From: Lingula anatina | Taxonomy: Eukaryota > Animalia > Brachiopoda | Reading direction: 5' to 3' | Length of the DNA stretch: 64,000 bases | NCBI GenBank assembly: GCA_051362555.1 | Contig: CM120646.1 | Location: 21,328,001-21,392,000 of the forward strand | In this document: positions 1-15,127 of the stretch, one piece after another | Layout: each line of letters starts with the position of its first letter | How positions within the stretch are numbered: the stretch's first letter is position 1 | Program-made: the position numbers and the translations under genes | Notes under the pieces: model-generated | Databases searched by the model: none | The model's input: only the letters and a program-made list of their open reading frames with translations | What the model was told of the DNA's origin: nothing

Positions 1-560
1 ATGGTAAAAATACTTCACCCAGCCACATAGGTCCGTCTCACTCAAACTTAAAACTGTTCTTCCTAGTAACATAACTTTTCGGAATATGCAGGGCTTAAGA
101 CGCTTCAGATTAGACCACTCACACCAGTAAACGCATACCCCGGTGCAATGCTCTGTCTTGTTGAAGTGTTAGAGACATGGCCACTTACATACATTCATGC
201 TCTCCTGGACAAGAAGAATATGTTCCAGCATGAATATCGCGACTTGAATATGGGTGGACAATTTGCTCACATAAAAGTTTGACAACGAAAGGCATTTAAT
301 TTCTATCAGGGAAATTTTGAGACATCGGCACTTTTCCTTAACGGAATATGAATGTGTATAAACTTTAAAAGGTCGCCTTAAGAGTCTGTTTTGTCGTGTT
401 TAGTACGATTGTAAAACAATTCTAATTGATTCCAATTGTTTCTATAAAATGGCATATAATGAATAACATTACACATTCGGTGTCATTATTGCTTGTGTCA
501 TTCTGACAGGATTATGTAGAATACCTTGCTTGACATGGTAACAACAGAGACGGTCGAGAG

Positions 561-591
561 TGAGAGAGAGAAATTATACGAAATAGACGAC

Positions 592-635
<44 letters not shown>

Positions 636-696
636 AATACGAAATAGACGACTATGAGAGAGAGAGAGAGAGAGAGAATTAATACGAAATAGACGA

Positions 697-737
<41 letters not shown>
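561..737. repeat. Compound (GA)n microsatellite interrupted three times by a ~24-bp unit AATTAATACGAAATAGACGACTAT
   Basis: Unit seen near 571, 631 and 677, each followed by a GA run of different length. Confidence 0.9.
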
Positions 738-739
<2 letters not shown>

Positions 740-1220
740 AGAGTCATTGGGTTACCATATCACACGAACTAAGAACTAATATAAAAATGTATACAATGCA
801 AATGAGATTGAATGCAAATAGGGAACACGGAGTTATCCTGGTGTGTTTCCTTGATTAACTCCTAGGACCCAGTCGGGTGGATGAGAAATACGAAGTCAAT
901 TGCCTGACCAACCGTGCTCGGCCAAAGTGAATAGAAAACAATACATTTGTCCGCTCATGCATGTCGCTTGATTGTCACTAAAAATACTACATTTACATAT
1001 GGAAAACAAGTTGTTTTGTGAACATTCACTGTGCTGAAACTCCCACTTGGGGGAGTCCCTATTAAAGACAAACGTGGGCCAAATCGTCTACATCTTTTTC
1101 AATCGAATAAAACCATCAATTCAAAAAGCCTTTTTTTAGTGAACCAAAAAAAGACAAATATTTTTCAAACAAACAAAGAAGAGGCCTGATATAAAACGTA
1201 TAAATGACACATGCACCTAG

Positions 1221-1408
1221 TAACTACATACATTTGCTTTCTTCGTCCAAAACGTGCCCATGAAATATTTTGCAGGTGCTGAGCTATTTTGCAGGTGCAT
1301 GTAAGTCCCCGATTTTAGTGTGCATCGAAATGTTCATCAATTCCGGCCATAAGTAATCTCAGCTTTTATTGCCACATTTGGGACGAAGAAAGGCAAAATA
1401 TAGTTGCA
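1221..1408. mobile_element. Degenerate MITE-like inverted-repeat element
   Basis: TTTGCTTTCTTCGTCCAAAACGTG (~1233) is the near reverse complement of CACATTTGGGACGAAGAAAGGCAAA (~1373); no clear TSD. Confidence 0.45.
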
Positions 1409-2284
1409 TATATTAAGTTATTACTTTGTGTAAAAGGAGACAAAATGCCAGGATTAATATTCTCCTGAATAAGCCTCGTTCTTGGAAATTCAACCCCCTT
1501 GAGTTATACATATACCTACTGTTTGCCCGTCATTGCCAGCTAATTACCACTCCCATCTTTAACTCAACGAAAGACCTGTTTTGTCAATTATGAGTTCCGA
1601 CAATCATACAAAGTGCGCTCTAAACCCAATGACATTCTGTATGCTATTTTCCCTTCTTGATGATAATTTAAGCTTCATTCATTTATTCATTGTACGATTC
1701 AGTCAATTCTTTGTATATTCAATTGTCTGTTGTAGCATGTATCTACAGTTTATCTATTACAAATCAGTCGATTTATCCCACAATTGGTTGGATGTAATGA
1801 CAGCGAGAGTGAATCCAACGGCCTATCGAGGTATTGGAAGTGGAAGCACGGTATCTCGTGCTTCAGTCACACTGCATTCTCTTGACTCTGCACTGATGGA
1901 ACTGTGACCGGAAAACCAGACGATTGTTATCGTTGGCTTTCATCCTGTGATTCAAGTAAACAGATTTTCTATTGATATGGCGTCTTTCATTGCAATGACA
2001 TCGCGTGATAACGCCAAGTACTTTTACGTGGAAGTCAAACATTTCGTCTCACTTTACTATCATTTTTTCTGAATCGGTTAAACTAAAATGACATGATATC
2101 ACAATGAAGCCTCTTTCTTTTTTTCCCTAGTTTAATAATATTTAAAAAAAAGACTTTTGTAAACTCTTACCCCTTACCACAGATCTAAAGAGAATAGCGC
2201 CATTGTACACTTACTAACTAGTAACCTGCTTGTAACAGAATTGCAAAACGACTTTATATTCTTATTTATTTATTTATCTATCCA

Positions 2285-2412
<128 letters not shown>

Positions 2413-3473
2413 TGTTTTGCATAATTAAGGTTGTTTATGTTTGCCAACCATTAACAGATCATGTTAACCATTTTTCAGGAATTTGCAAGAGAGAATCCGT
2501 TTCCATCCATTGAATCGTTGAAAAAAAAAAAACGCCCTGTGCACTTTAAATGAATCCCGCCTCCGCAGTCCCCCTTCCCCTCTGTACCTTAATCAGTAAT
2601 CCAACCCTAATCCAACCCTAATCTAAGCCCTAATCTATAAATGTGATAGTTTCATCAATGCGTGGGCCATGAAAGACTGGTCGTCAATGATGCCATGTTA
2701 GGTCAAAGTCGTTAACATCTAAAAAGAAATAATAATGTGTATACCATCGATAGTTAGAGACGCTCTAATAAACTGTAGGGTTAATTAATCCTACTACTTT
2801 AGTCTTTATACATTGGTCTTTAACCTGTAAGTACAACTCAATTAAAAATCAGTTCTTACACTAGCGTTGCAACAAGAAAAAAAGCAGCTTACAGAATCCG
2901 AACGTTAAATTAAACTCAGAGACGGCGTTCTCTGCTTTAAGCCTTCAAAACTTTGATCACTCATGTGTAACGTGTTAGGACATTTCCACCAGAGGGAGGG
3001 GAAATGTACGCCGTTTTTTAAATCTATGGTCAATTTAACTCAGCACCGGGACCCACTTACCATTAGCGAGCGGCAGAATTCGAGCAGCCGCGAATGGCGC
3101 GAGATAGATTGATGTTTTCAGGTAACATTTTCAAAGTGGGCATCTGCTAACAAAGCATGTAATTAGGTCTATATTTCTCTTCGACACGGTCAACGGTTTG
3201 TCGCCGCGTAATGAAAATATAGCTTGAGTGGCGCTTCTGCGGGATGCCTATCGAACCCATCAGCTTCCCGAGCCCTGAGAGACCGATTTTTGAACGAAAT
3301 ACAAAGCTTTATTGAAGTCAGTGTGCCTGCTAGTGGTGAACTGTTAAGAACACCATTAAACCCGGGGGAGGGGGCGTATAGCAGGGTTGATATTGGTTAT
3401 TGGCATTCAATCGGCAATGTATGGAGAGGAGGCCCATATAATGACACCTGGATATGCTTTACCATGAAATGAA

Positions 3474-3474
<1 letters not shown>

Positions 3475-3523
<49 letters not shown>
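3475..3523. repeat. (CT)n microsatellite
   Basis: Directly visible. Confidence 0.95.
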
Positions 3524-3527
<4 letters not shown>

Positions 3528-5719
3528 TTTATAATCATATCATTACATTTGTAGTGTTAATTGATTGTACATTAAACATTTAGTTTAAAAGTAATAAATT
3601 ATTTCCAACCCATCAAATTGTTTTGGTGTTGTCAAATGTGTTTAAATTCAATATATCATTTCATCATATTATATAATGATATACCCGTGAAAGTTGTGAG
3701 TAAAATAAAATTTTAGTTTCAAGATTGATTGCGAAAATTACGCAACATAGATTTTACTGTTTTAAACATAAAGAAATTCAGTTATATTTGTTTACGTGTT
3801 AAATGCCTTAAAGCTGTACTTAGAAACGTAGCTGGCTGCAAACATTCTAGGTTTGTGATGGTGTTAACAATGCATTATACAAAAACTGAGATTCAGCCTA
3901 GGTGGTTTTATAAACTGTCTAAAATGGGATTTCACCAGTGGCATACTGTATACAATATATAGTCATGCATGTGCAGGTCACAAAGATTTTGAAAATGAAA
4001 AAAAAAAAAATGATTTACGTCAGTTTGCATCATTCGAAGTTTCAATAAATAAAATCGAAATGGTATGCAGTCCGTCATGTTCCTTTGACTGTGGCCTTAA
4101 ATGCGTTAGATGTGACACGACGACGGCACAATTGCTTGCAACTGTCCACGCCGTCGTCTTCTCCAAGTTCTCGCATTCTGTGAACAGCAGAAGACAATGG
4201 CAGAACGTTATTTTCTGAAATACCGACTACTAGTTACCCGGTTAACACAAAAAAACGAAAAGGAAAATGGTGATAAAAAATCCAAAGGAATGCACTTTGA
4301 GAGACATTGATGACTTGATAAAGCACATTATTTGGTGCAATAATGATAACAAGATATCTTCTTCAACAGGGATATTAAAAACAACAATCTAATTACTTTA
4401 CGAAAATGTCCTACTCGGAGATAAGACAGAAGCACATCGAGGGCCTCAGAGTATCCAGCGAACAAAAGAGATAACAGTCCACTGTTATTATCACAAGAAA
4501 GCTAACATTACAATCAAAATACGTGCAATCTGGCACTCTCTCCGTGTCGGCATTCCCTGCTATTGACAGGGGCATGGCATCTCCATCGCTACCTACATAT
4601 TAGATATAATTAAACACTGGTTGACAAAAAGGCTGTGTGCGATTTTGTCATGTATACTAGATTTAGCCGTTTTAGCACCTCATCAATTATATAAATTGTT
4701 TGATATTAGGGTGATTTCGCTGCAGTAATAACCGATATGTACTCACCATATTGCCCACTTTTATTAGATTTTGGAACGCTCAGTTTTTGTGCGCTAGCTC
4801 ATTAAGTTCATCTCATTTTATTTAAATTGGTCAATTCGTGTTCCCGTCCTTATACCAAGAAGAATGCTCCACATGACACGAAGTTAATGTATTTGACTCA
4901 AAATCAGAATTAATTAAGGGAACACAAGAAGGACGCGATTGACAGAGATTGCTAACACTCACAGCCAGGACATGAAAACTTGAGCTTTGGATGATGTTTT
5001 CAGTTGTTTTGTGAGTTGCAATAATTTTAACAATCTTATGTACATGTATAATCGATTTTACTGGTTTAATTTTTTGTAATTTTTCACTAAATTTAGAAAA
5101 TTGTTTGATAAATAAAAAAAATACAACTGCATCTCCCAGTGAGGATATTACATGTACATACACGCTGCATATTTGAAGATCGAAATAAAGAAAACAGTCA
5201 ACTATGACAAACAGGAGAAAATAACCCTGCTATTAAAACTGATCAAAAATCATCAATACGCTTTCAGCACCATACTATAAAACTTCACCACGACTAATTT
5301 CCATTGTTTTAACTCACGAGGTCGCCTTTAATAGAGATACCGAAACAATGTAATTGTCTACGAATTAAATTCATTACTTCATTGACAACATTAAACATGA
5401 GCACCATGGATCGGCTCCTTAAAATCCTTAATTGAACAATCCCCCTCTTATAGCGGGTTCAATGAATTAAACAATTGCCCCTAGCCAAGGTTTATCGTCG
5501 TAAGTCCCTCTTCCACCTGCCACTAATTTAATGATTTTATTATCTCCGTATCTTCAGAAAGGAGACTGGATTACGATAAGGTAACACAAGTCCATTATAA
5601 TACTGGAATTATGAAGTAATCCTTTTATAATTATTCGCTATCTCTTCTCCCCCTGACGCGGCGCTGAATGCGGACTTAATCGTGTGTTGTGGGGTGCTCT
5701 TCAGGAGGGACTTGGAGTG

Positions 5720-5929
5720 CATTCCCAGAGATTTAGATCGATCCATCCGGATAGACCTAACTCCCTGGGGGTGCACGCTAAATTGCAGTCAGCCGAGCGC
5801 GCACGACAATTAATTACCCCCTTACGGCTTCTAGTTGGCGGGTCAGACGCTTAAACCGGCTATGCTGACAATAATCTAGTGAGACTCCCCATAGGGATAG
5901 ATCGATCTAAAATCTGTGGGAATGGGGTC
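5720..5929. mobile_element. ~210-bp MITE, copy 1 (second copy inverted at 45802-46015)
   Basis: TIRs CATTCCCAGAGATTTAGATCGATC ... GATCGATCTAAAATCTGTGGGAATG; the internal sequence recurs in reverse orientation at ~45.8-46.0 kb. Confidence 0.8.
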
Positions 5930-7943
5930 GTTGTACTAGATAGTTTCAATAATACATTTCTCCTAAAATTGGTAATTTTTTTCTGGGGCATTCGATAGCC
6001 TTTTTTGAGAATTTCCTTTCGTTGTTTCGGAAATATAAAACGTTGTTCATATTTAATTCAGTTTCGTGTATTCATTTTATTATTCATGTGTTCATATGTA
6101 TGGCATTTAGAGGATAGCTTTTTTGTCGTTTTTTTTTACTTGTTTTGATTTTTTGAAACACTTCAATTTCCATAAACTTGTACTTAAATAACATGTTTTT
6201 TCTCCGAAAATGATTTCTGAATTTTACTAGGTGACTTATAAACTTCACAAATTAAAAGGTGAAATTCAACCAAAAATTAAACATTACGCGTTCAAAATAT
6301 TTTTTAAACAATGAATAAAAGCCATAACTACAAGAAAGGTAGCCCTTTAAACGATTTTTTCTCTTAAATCTGAATTATCACTTCATTTATAACAGTAAAC
6401 ATTGCAGATAGCACTGTGACGATGAATGATAATGACAATTATATACATATGTATACGAATATAAAAAGATAAGATTTATTGGACAATGCACTTTAGATTT
6501 AAACAACAGGCTCAATACTATGCTGCTACGTTCAAGTAATCAAATAATACAGGTACTATGTACCATATTTGGTTAGTGTTAGGTATTGTTAACACGACTC
6601 GTTACATAACCTATATCGTCTATTGTGAGCTTGTCGTTTGGTTATCTCCTTATCAGAAAATTAAGCTTGATACGAGATGTGCACATATTATTAATTATTT
6701 GTAGAAGTATTTACCCTTTGTTTCATGTGACCGAAACGTGTGGATTCGTCATACTCAGAAGGAGACTATATTATTTATATTTTCTTCATACATATCTACG
6801 CCAGAAGAAATAACTCCTACGCCAAAATGGGATTATATCATCTATGTATCAAGTCCTAACTGAATGACTTTGGAAATGCCCCCATTTGCTCTTGGTGTAT
6901 TTGTATCATAATCTTACCTTGTCCCTGCATAGAAATTCTGAAGTAAAATTCGTCATCTTTGCGTAATTTTTGATATATATATTACAGGGTATAATTTACA
7001 ATTACAATTACAGCGACGATACTCTAAAACATGCATGCTTAAACATGATTTCTTTTTATTCAAACAATAGTACATCGACAGCGTTAACTGAGAACAATAT
7101 TTTTGAGTTTATCTTGTTTGCCTGTTAGTCTGTTGTTTGAATCTTAATCTTATTTCAGTGTATACTTTGGTTAATATCTAAATGTCGCATCAAACTTAGA
7201 ATATACGCTTTAAAGCGAACAGTAACTGATGTCTGTTTTGAATTTTGACAAAGGGATATTGAAAGACATGGTTGAATTATGGTGATTGAAGAAAACGAAT
7301 ATGACAAATTGTAAACCATGGCCAGACTACTGTAGTAGGCAAACAACAAACATGACACTACATTTACTTTAACAGTTGAAATGTAACTTCCTCTGAAGAA
7401 AAAATAGTATGCTAAGAAATACAAAAACTTGACAAATATGTTATTGCATTGAGAGTTTAAGCACGTTAAGTATTTTCATCGCTTAAATCAAATAGAGCAA
7501 TTTGGCCGTGTAGGAATGGCAGGCGAAGGAAACAGGCTTTTGGTACTTCAAAACACTTTTGCAAGGTTGGAGATATAAAATTGAGAAAGAAGACCATTCA
7601 CTGCTCGACCAATTTTTCAAATCCTCAATTGAAAGTTTAAAAAAGTGAAAAACGTATTTTTAAAAGCCGACTAAGAAATCTCTGTGTTATTTTGCCGCCG
7701 AGAGAAATCTTTGAGGTGCGAGTCCTGGCTATAGGTTGTAACATGTAACTATCGCTAAGACAAGCGGACCAACAGTTTATACAAACAGATTAATAAAAGC
7801 CTGCTTTGTAAATTCATCCCGAATTAATACGCGATAAAACCCACCCCAGAAGCTAACCGAGTAGTTTCATGATATGGCACGCAGAAAAGGTATTCAACAC
7901 ATTCCACAAATCAACGCCTTCGTTCTATCTTTGGATATAGATA

Positions 7944-8013
7944 CCAATTAGCGTTAAGCCAATCAAATCGTTTGATTCATTCAGAAATTTCTCGCGCTAT
8001 GATGGCCGCCAAT
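7944..8013 (+). promoter_or_regulatory. Cluster of three CCAAT boxes, probable Mnx proximal promoter
   Basis: CCAAT at 7944, 7959 and 8009, about 450-520 bp upstream of the Mnx ATG; TSS not determinable. Confidence 0.4.
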
Positions 8014-8463
8014 AAATAGGGCAAGTGAGATAAAGGCATTATTTGGTCAACACTTTGAGGGACAGTTGAAATGTGACATGGTGTTCCTATACAAAGTTAT
8101 ACTGAAGTTATTTTGAGGGCAAACTTGTGCAAATTTTTTGCGCACTGCGCAGCGTGCGGTAGCAGGTAAAATTATTGCATTTCTGTGCGGGCACTGTGAT
8201 TTGTGTGACGGGGATGAGATAGCCTTCGTCGTTTGAAAGGAGAATGCCTCGGATAATTTCAGTATAATCCATTTAAAATTAATTTTCTCGTATTATGGGA
8301 CAATTTCTATGCTTTCTCCACCTGCTCATGAAGACAGCAAGGCGAATAACCAAACTTCAGTGCGAGGAAAACGACAAAAGTTCTACTCGTTCATAAACAT
8401 TATAAAAACTTCAAAAACAAGTGCGATATAAAGCAGAAAGTGTTACCTACCGACACCTACAAT

Positions 8464-9073
8464 ATGATGGAAAAACCCAAATCGTTTAGTATAGACGCTT
8501 TGCTAGCGAAGTCCGACAAGGGGCACTCAGGACTGGCCGGACGCAGTCCTAAGGAAGTGGAAGTGGACGTTACAACCTACGACATGGACAGTCCAGACCA
8601 CTTGACTGGTCACGGGAGGACAAGCCCAAGATCCAACGCCTCCAGCTCCCGGGGGTCGTCACCGCAGAACCCGAGGGAGACAATGTCACGAGGGGGTGGA
8701 GTGGGCATGGACTCAGACTCGGACAAGGAGAGCTGCTCACCTCAGTCCGGGTTCATTCCTCGTCCAGGACTTCTCCCTCTAAACCCCAACTTAGGAATCC
8801 CCCAGCAGGGCTCCCCGGGCTTTCTACCGGCCGGGTTCTACCTGGGCCACCATATGTTCCCCTTTAACGGCCAATCTCCCCCGGGACCCCAGGGTATGCC
8901 CAGCGGCCACCCCCCTTCGTCATCGGGAGGCGTTTCACTCAACGGCAGTGCGTTCCATACCCCGGTGGAACAGCTGTACAAGATGGCGCAGGCGTCTCAG
9001 AATCTCCAGTTGGAATGGTGGGCGAGGGCGGCCCAGAACGGGCTCTTCATGCCTCGGGTCACAGATTATAACG
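8464..9073 (+). CDS. Mnx: Mnx/HB9 motor neuron and pancreas homeobox, coding exon 1
   Basis: ATG at 8464 gives MMEKPKSFSIDALLAK (eh1 motif as in Mnx N-termini); later LEWWAR..GLFMPRVTDY pre-homeodomain motif; donor G|GTGAGT at 9073/9074, phase 1. Confidence 0.93.
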
Positions 9074-12000
9074 GTGAGTTGGGGGATGGTACGGAGCAGT
9101 TTCGTTTTATTAAGTCTTGTGATCGTTTCCAATTTTGGCTTGCTTTGAGAGCTATTTTCTGGTGATTTTTTTTACGTTTGGTATTTATTTTCCTGGCGTT
9201 TTGGTTCAAGAGAAAGGTGTGTTGTGATTTTACGGGGTGTCGTCGAAGTAAAAAGATATTCCGTGATTTCTTATATTTTTCTTATCGCCCATATTTCACT
9301 GTAAATGATATGAAAACATTTTTTTCTTGGTTTAAAGTTTCGAATATATTCAGGTTCACTTATTTTTTTCATTTAGGATTTGTAAAAATCCAAGTCTCTA
9401 GAATTCCTTTTCCCGTTGATAATCTTTTGGTACAAAATAAACTCGTGCGTCTCCAAACACATTTTTGTGAACGTATTCTGCTTTTAACTTTTTTAAATAT
9501 TTTCTATTACCAATTCCAAATGTAATGGTCTTTGATTGCTTTTTTATGGAAAGAACAATAATTATTTGTAATATCAAGAAGCATCTCTTACTTTAAATTG
9601 ATTATCAAGGATTACAGTACGCAAGTATGATGTGCTTACTGCCATTTTCCGTCCCTTGATTTTGAAGTTAAGTTTCGCTTCGAAAAAATTCAATAGGCCT
9701 TGCAAATATTTTACTTCTTTGTGAAAGGACGATTTAATCATTGTTTAAATGTAGATTAAAAGTTTTGACTGAAATTTTGATCAGTATGAGTTCTGATTTA
9801 GTCTCTTTGGTTGGAAATGAACGTTCACTATTCTGTCCTTACAACCAGGAGATTTACCAGGGTGTTTAGGTTTACATTACCACCTCCCCAGGTTCGGGGA
9901 AGGATGCCACCCGACAAAGGTGTAATAATTAGCTGCCATGAAAATTTTAGAAATTATTACATAAAATTTCCAGTCTTACATACATACCAAAGGTAATGGA
10001 AATATTCAGTATGAGATGAAGAATTTTTTCTTCAAACGGTGGCAACATCAATGTATTCATATTTGACTTATATCCTAATTAATTTTTCGAAGATTTTCTT
10101 CGATGGCTAATGGTCTCGATTTTTCATTTTCTTATAATCCAGTCAGATAAAACATGAAACAATCGGGACATTAGTAATACATGCACTAGTGCCAAAAGGT
10201 CCTAAGGCAAATATGACTAATATGACTCATATTACTAACAAATGGTGTTAAATTTGAAATCAAGCAGTAAACAGAAATTTATTTTGTCAGTTTTGTAGTA
10301 CTGCAGACTTTATCGTTAAAATTAATTTCTTTTCTCGCCGTTAAACGCGTCCTCTGCGGTCACGTTTAAGGGCCATGCACGTGTATTGAGACCCTAAGCC
10401 AACATAGATAAGTATTTTACGACTTTTCCAAGTGCTGTTATTTGCTGGACTGTAACTTAAGTATCTAACTAAAACTATTTACAACCAAGTGTTTGTATTG
10501 TGCAATGTTCATGTGTATAAAGTCATCACTGCCTCGTTAATTCTCTAATGGATCATAATTCTGCCAAATTTGGCCTCATAAGATGAACACATTGGCTTCT
10601 ATGGGCAATCACGCTTGTTGTGTTTTTATCTTTATTGTTGATGCTGGGTTATATTGAATTCTATAGATGGAAAAACAAATATGAATAAAAGAAATATTTT
10701 TAATGTAAAGAATAAGATACGTACACTTAAGTACTTGCCTTTTGGTAAAAACGTTGACCATTAAATTTCCTGAACAGGTTGAGTCACGTTTTGCTAGATT
10801 TTCCTGTTAGAATTTTTCTCATTTGCTGATTGGCTTAACGAGATCCTATGTTTTGTTGATTCTTTAAATTTTATATACTGTTTTTGAAATACAGTGTATT
10901 TAATTGTTTTTTTATATGTAAAACAAATATCTTTTATCAGGGATGTTCCTGTCCCATGGCAAAACCAACTGCCACAATATCACTTTGCCAAATTCTAGAT
11001 TATCGTTAATACGCTCCCTGAAATATTTATTGCTGGTGGATTGATAAGATGAAGCACCCCATAAAGTATGTACTGAAATGTCCCCCGCCCTAGCATAAGA
11101 CCATGTCACTTTATCCAGTTTATTTTATAATCAAGAATGTTAAAATATCTAGAGCTCGTTTTTCAAAAATGGCTTTTGATCGTTTTGATAGTTTTATGCT
11201 TGAACAGTGAATTTTTTTTCTTAAGACAGTCCTTCTTATGGACACAGTGTTCTATTTGTTTACGTTTATTAAACAAATTTCTCTATCATTTGCAAATCAT
11301 TTCCCGTTTTCTGGAACATTGCTCAAAGATAGGTATACAATGTCATACGTTGTTTTCAGAACTCAAAATCAACGGTGTCATAATTTTTGATTGACGTAAA
11401 ATAATTTAAAGGATGCTCGCTGATAAACTGGAATTTTAACTAAACATGATACGCGCGGTAGTTTTGAACTCAAATGTTAACCAGAGGAAGATACGACATT
11501 TAATTATAGATAGAAGATGCGTTGACTATCTAAAGTATACAAAATTAGATATCAACATTGACTCTAGGTAAATATAATCAAATATATTCATATCAGTCGT
11601 CGGTCATAAGAAGACATTCCATATTACTTCGTGGTAGGTATGGATTTTCTCCCAAAATTGTGACTTTGTTAATTTTGTTTTAGTTGCTAAATTAGTATTT
11701 TTCTTCGCATAAATTGTTTACTAGTTATATGCAGTTGTGGACACGATGACAGCATTGCCTATCGTTATTGATATAATTTTAAACGATTATTAAATCAAAT
11801 GTGAATTAGTTTTGATATCTGGCTTCAAAAATTGCAAATGATTAGCGCTTCAAGTAAGAAGTAATGTCCAGTTAAGTGCCGAAGAGAGATGCACTTCACG
11901 GAGATCATTAACTCCAAAAATAATACACTTTTATGAAATACTTAAATTTGTTTTTGGATAATAAATCAGTGTTCAAAACTTCGTCGGTGCATTTTGTGGA

Positions 12001-14848
12001 TCAAATTCATACTCATCGGTTATTTGAATGTTTATTTCAGATCGAAGGATCAGTTATAACTTACAATATTTTTAATAACAAACACATAACAATCATCGTC
12101 CTTCCAATTTACAACGATTTTGACCTCAGTTCAATAAGGAAAAATTAAGGACTCAATTTCCACCACATTAATAAAACCTTTACCGTTTCTGCGCACGGAA
12201 TCAGTGCCAATAAACCTCTTAGGCTAAAAAGTCGACAACCCAGAACAAACATCGTCCTCTCTACACAACTAGTGTTCTTCTCACGCCTTGAAGGGGACCT
12301 CAGCGTTTTAGTTGACACAAACGCTTCCACCCTCTTAATTTCCCGGATACTACGTTGTTAATTACCACTTAATCTAAGATAATTTTTATGCGCTCCTCTT
12401 AAGAGTGGTAAAATATGAGTATAAAATAGAGCGTAGCTATATAGGCTCATTAAAAACTTCCGCGGTTTGCGGAGGAACAAAACGTAAGCAAATATTCATT
12501 GCATAGACCATGCGTAGGACAGAAGGCCAGGTTTCATTCACTACACTTGCCATACTTCTTAATGTGGTAATTAAAAGAAGAAGTGGTTTTATTGGATTAA
12601 GTGTGGTTCACTTTGATATCTATGTCAGTAATTGGTTCCGTTATTCACTGGAATAATTTGCTCTTTGTGCCATTGAGTCATAGATATACATAGAAGTCTA
12701 TTGGGCAAAATTATGAATTTGCTTTAAATTCCACGCGCCAGAAAAATAAATTTTAAGAAAATGGCGGTAATAACATGGAATCTGATTTTATGGGAGCATA
12801 TTTAAATGTCTCTTTATGTAGCACGTCTTCGCACATATTGTGTACCGACAGTTAGGCTTTCCAGTACACATACTACATTTTGGATAACTTTTTAGCCGCC
12901 TCAAATGGGCCAACTATTTTCCTTTTTCCCCATCTTGTTGCCTTTCATTTTTTTATTGCATTCATTTTCATTTTCATTAAAAAAATTATTCCATTTCATT
13001 CGATTATTTTTTCGCTAGCACTGTTGCATGTTTTCATGTTAACAAGATTACATTGTATGAACACGATTGTCCTTTTTGTGTTAGTTTATAGTGTTGTCAT
13101 GCTTAGAGGAGGAAATTATTAATTTTTTTGGTGTATCTGTTACACAAATATATACAACTATAAATATTTTTAGATAAAAATCAAACAACGAATATTTACT
13201 TTTATTTACCGTTACAGTATATACGCCGTTAGAAACAAATTGCGTGGTGTGCGGAGCATTACTTACACCGCCAAAATAGAAAATAGGCTTGGCAATTTTG
13301 AAACTGGAGGCATTATTTAAACATAAATGAAAGATAACGTTGGTCCAGAAATTATCAAGATGGGAGAAAGAGAGAGAGAGGGGGGGGGGGGGGAGTGAGG
13401 TCGTGGGCGGTGAAAAGGAACACCTTGCCAGTTTCTCTTCAAGTATTAAAACCTCTACTGCTACTTAATCCGAAACAAACAGTGCCCAATTAGGAAAACG
13501 GAGTACTCTACGGGGCATGCCTGCGCGTTCTCTGCCATTCATCTTTATTAATTCACAATATGTAGTTTGATCAAATCTCTCTGCGTTTTTGAAATTCGCA
13601 TTTATCCTTCTTAACTACGGGATAACGAAGCCAATCAGCTTAATTGCTGTTTTCTAAAAAAAAAAAATCTAAGACAGGCCATAGCAGAGAACGCTGTGGA
13701 ATTACCAACAATTAATTAAGCAACTTGGCAGCAATGAAAATGCGCAAGTAAATCTAAGGAGAGCGTGCGCGCCATTCTCCGAGTAGGCCATGATTAACTC
13801 CTCTATTACTTCCATTAGAAGTGTGTATTGATTTGTTACAGAGCTTAAAATAGGCAATTGTCAACTAATCATCCTCACGCGCCGCCACATTGTGAAACAT
13901 TAGGCTCTGGGACATGGATAACCATAATGAGTGACTTACGAGTCAGATTCAGGGCTGACGAGCGCTTGACCAGGGCCACCCTGTATGTATAGTAGAAAGG
14001 CAGAATAAAACTTATTCTAATTAATAAGAGTCCGGTCTCTCTTGACTTTTCCTGGTCCCTCGAGCTCGACTTAACTGATTAACGGAACCGAGCCCTTGTT
14101 TTGATCCGATCTTATTAGAAATTTAAGTGATGATTAAATAGAAAAAGATGTTCCCCCTTCCCACAGTTCTATGCTAATTTAATTTGTTCGCACGAATAAT
14201 GCAGTGGGAATTACAAGTCGTTAAGTGTCAGATTGAGCGTCAAGAGGCCTCTCCATATCCTAGGGTTGCAGACATGAAAAATCAGGAATTAGATTATGAT
14301 GTTCTAGTATGGAAGACATCTGTGTTACCGCCTTATTATCGGGCTGCTCTATGACTTCGGGTCTTCGTCAATATGCGAGTTATCGTTGTAAAGCAAAGGG
14401 AATGGTGAAATGGATCGAACGTGATGCACTGAAAGAGAAACATGACCTTATCTCGCTTCCCATTTTCACAGCAAATGTAATAGTTTTTCCGTTTATTTTC
14501 CTTAATTGTTTGATATTTGTATTTCCATTTTCAGAAACACAGAACGTTATTCAAAGCCGTAATTCTATTTTACTTAACCACTCATCATGTTCACTATTCA
14601 CTGTTTATTTCAAATTATTCAAAATTTAATATATTTAATTTCACAACCAGAGATTCGGGTCCACCGCATGCTAACTTCTTCGTTTTCAATCTTCCATTAT
14701 TATTTGCGACAAGCGGGCAACTGAAAATTTGAGACTGAAGAAGTTTACTGAGTCGGGTTTCAAAACTCAGGTAAAAGTTGCAATATACAACGAAAAATGT
14801 ACCGCTTCAGCATAACAAAGCGTCATGCGTTCAACTGGTGTATTTTAA

Positions 14849-15127
<279 letters not shown>

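Noticed and set aside
561-737. CRISPR-like repeat/spacer appearance
   Set aside because: Spacers are only GA runs, the context is eukaryotic and there are no cas genes.
2603-2633. Interstitial telomere repeat (CCCTAA)
   Set aside because: Only three non-contiguous hexamers with 11-12-bp spacing.
8440-9165. 241-aa single-exon ORF as the complete gene
   Set aside because: It starts at a non-ATG codon and reads through the donor at 9074; the true product splices to the homeobox exons.
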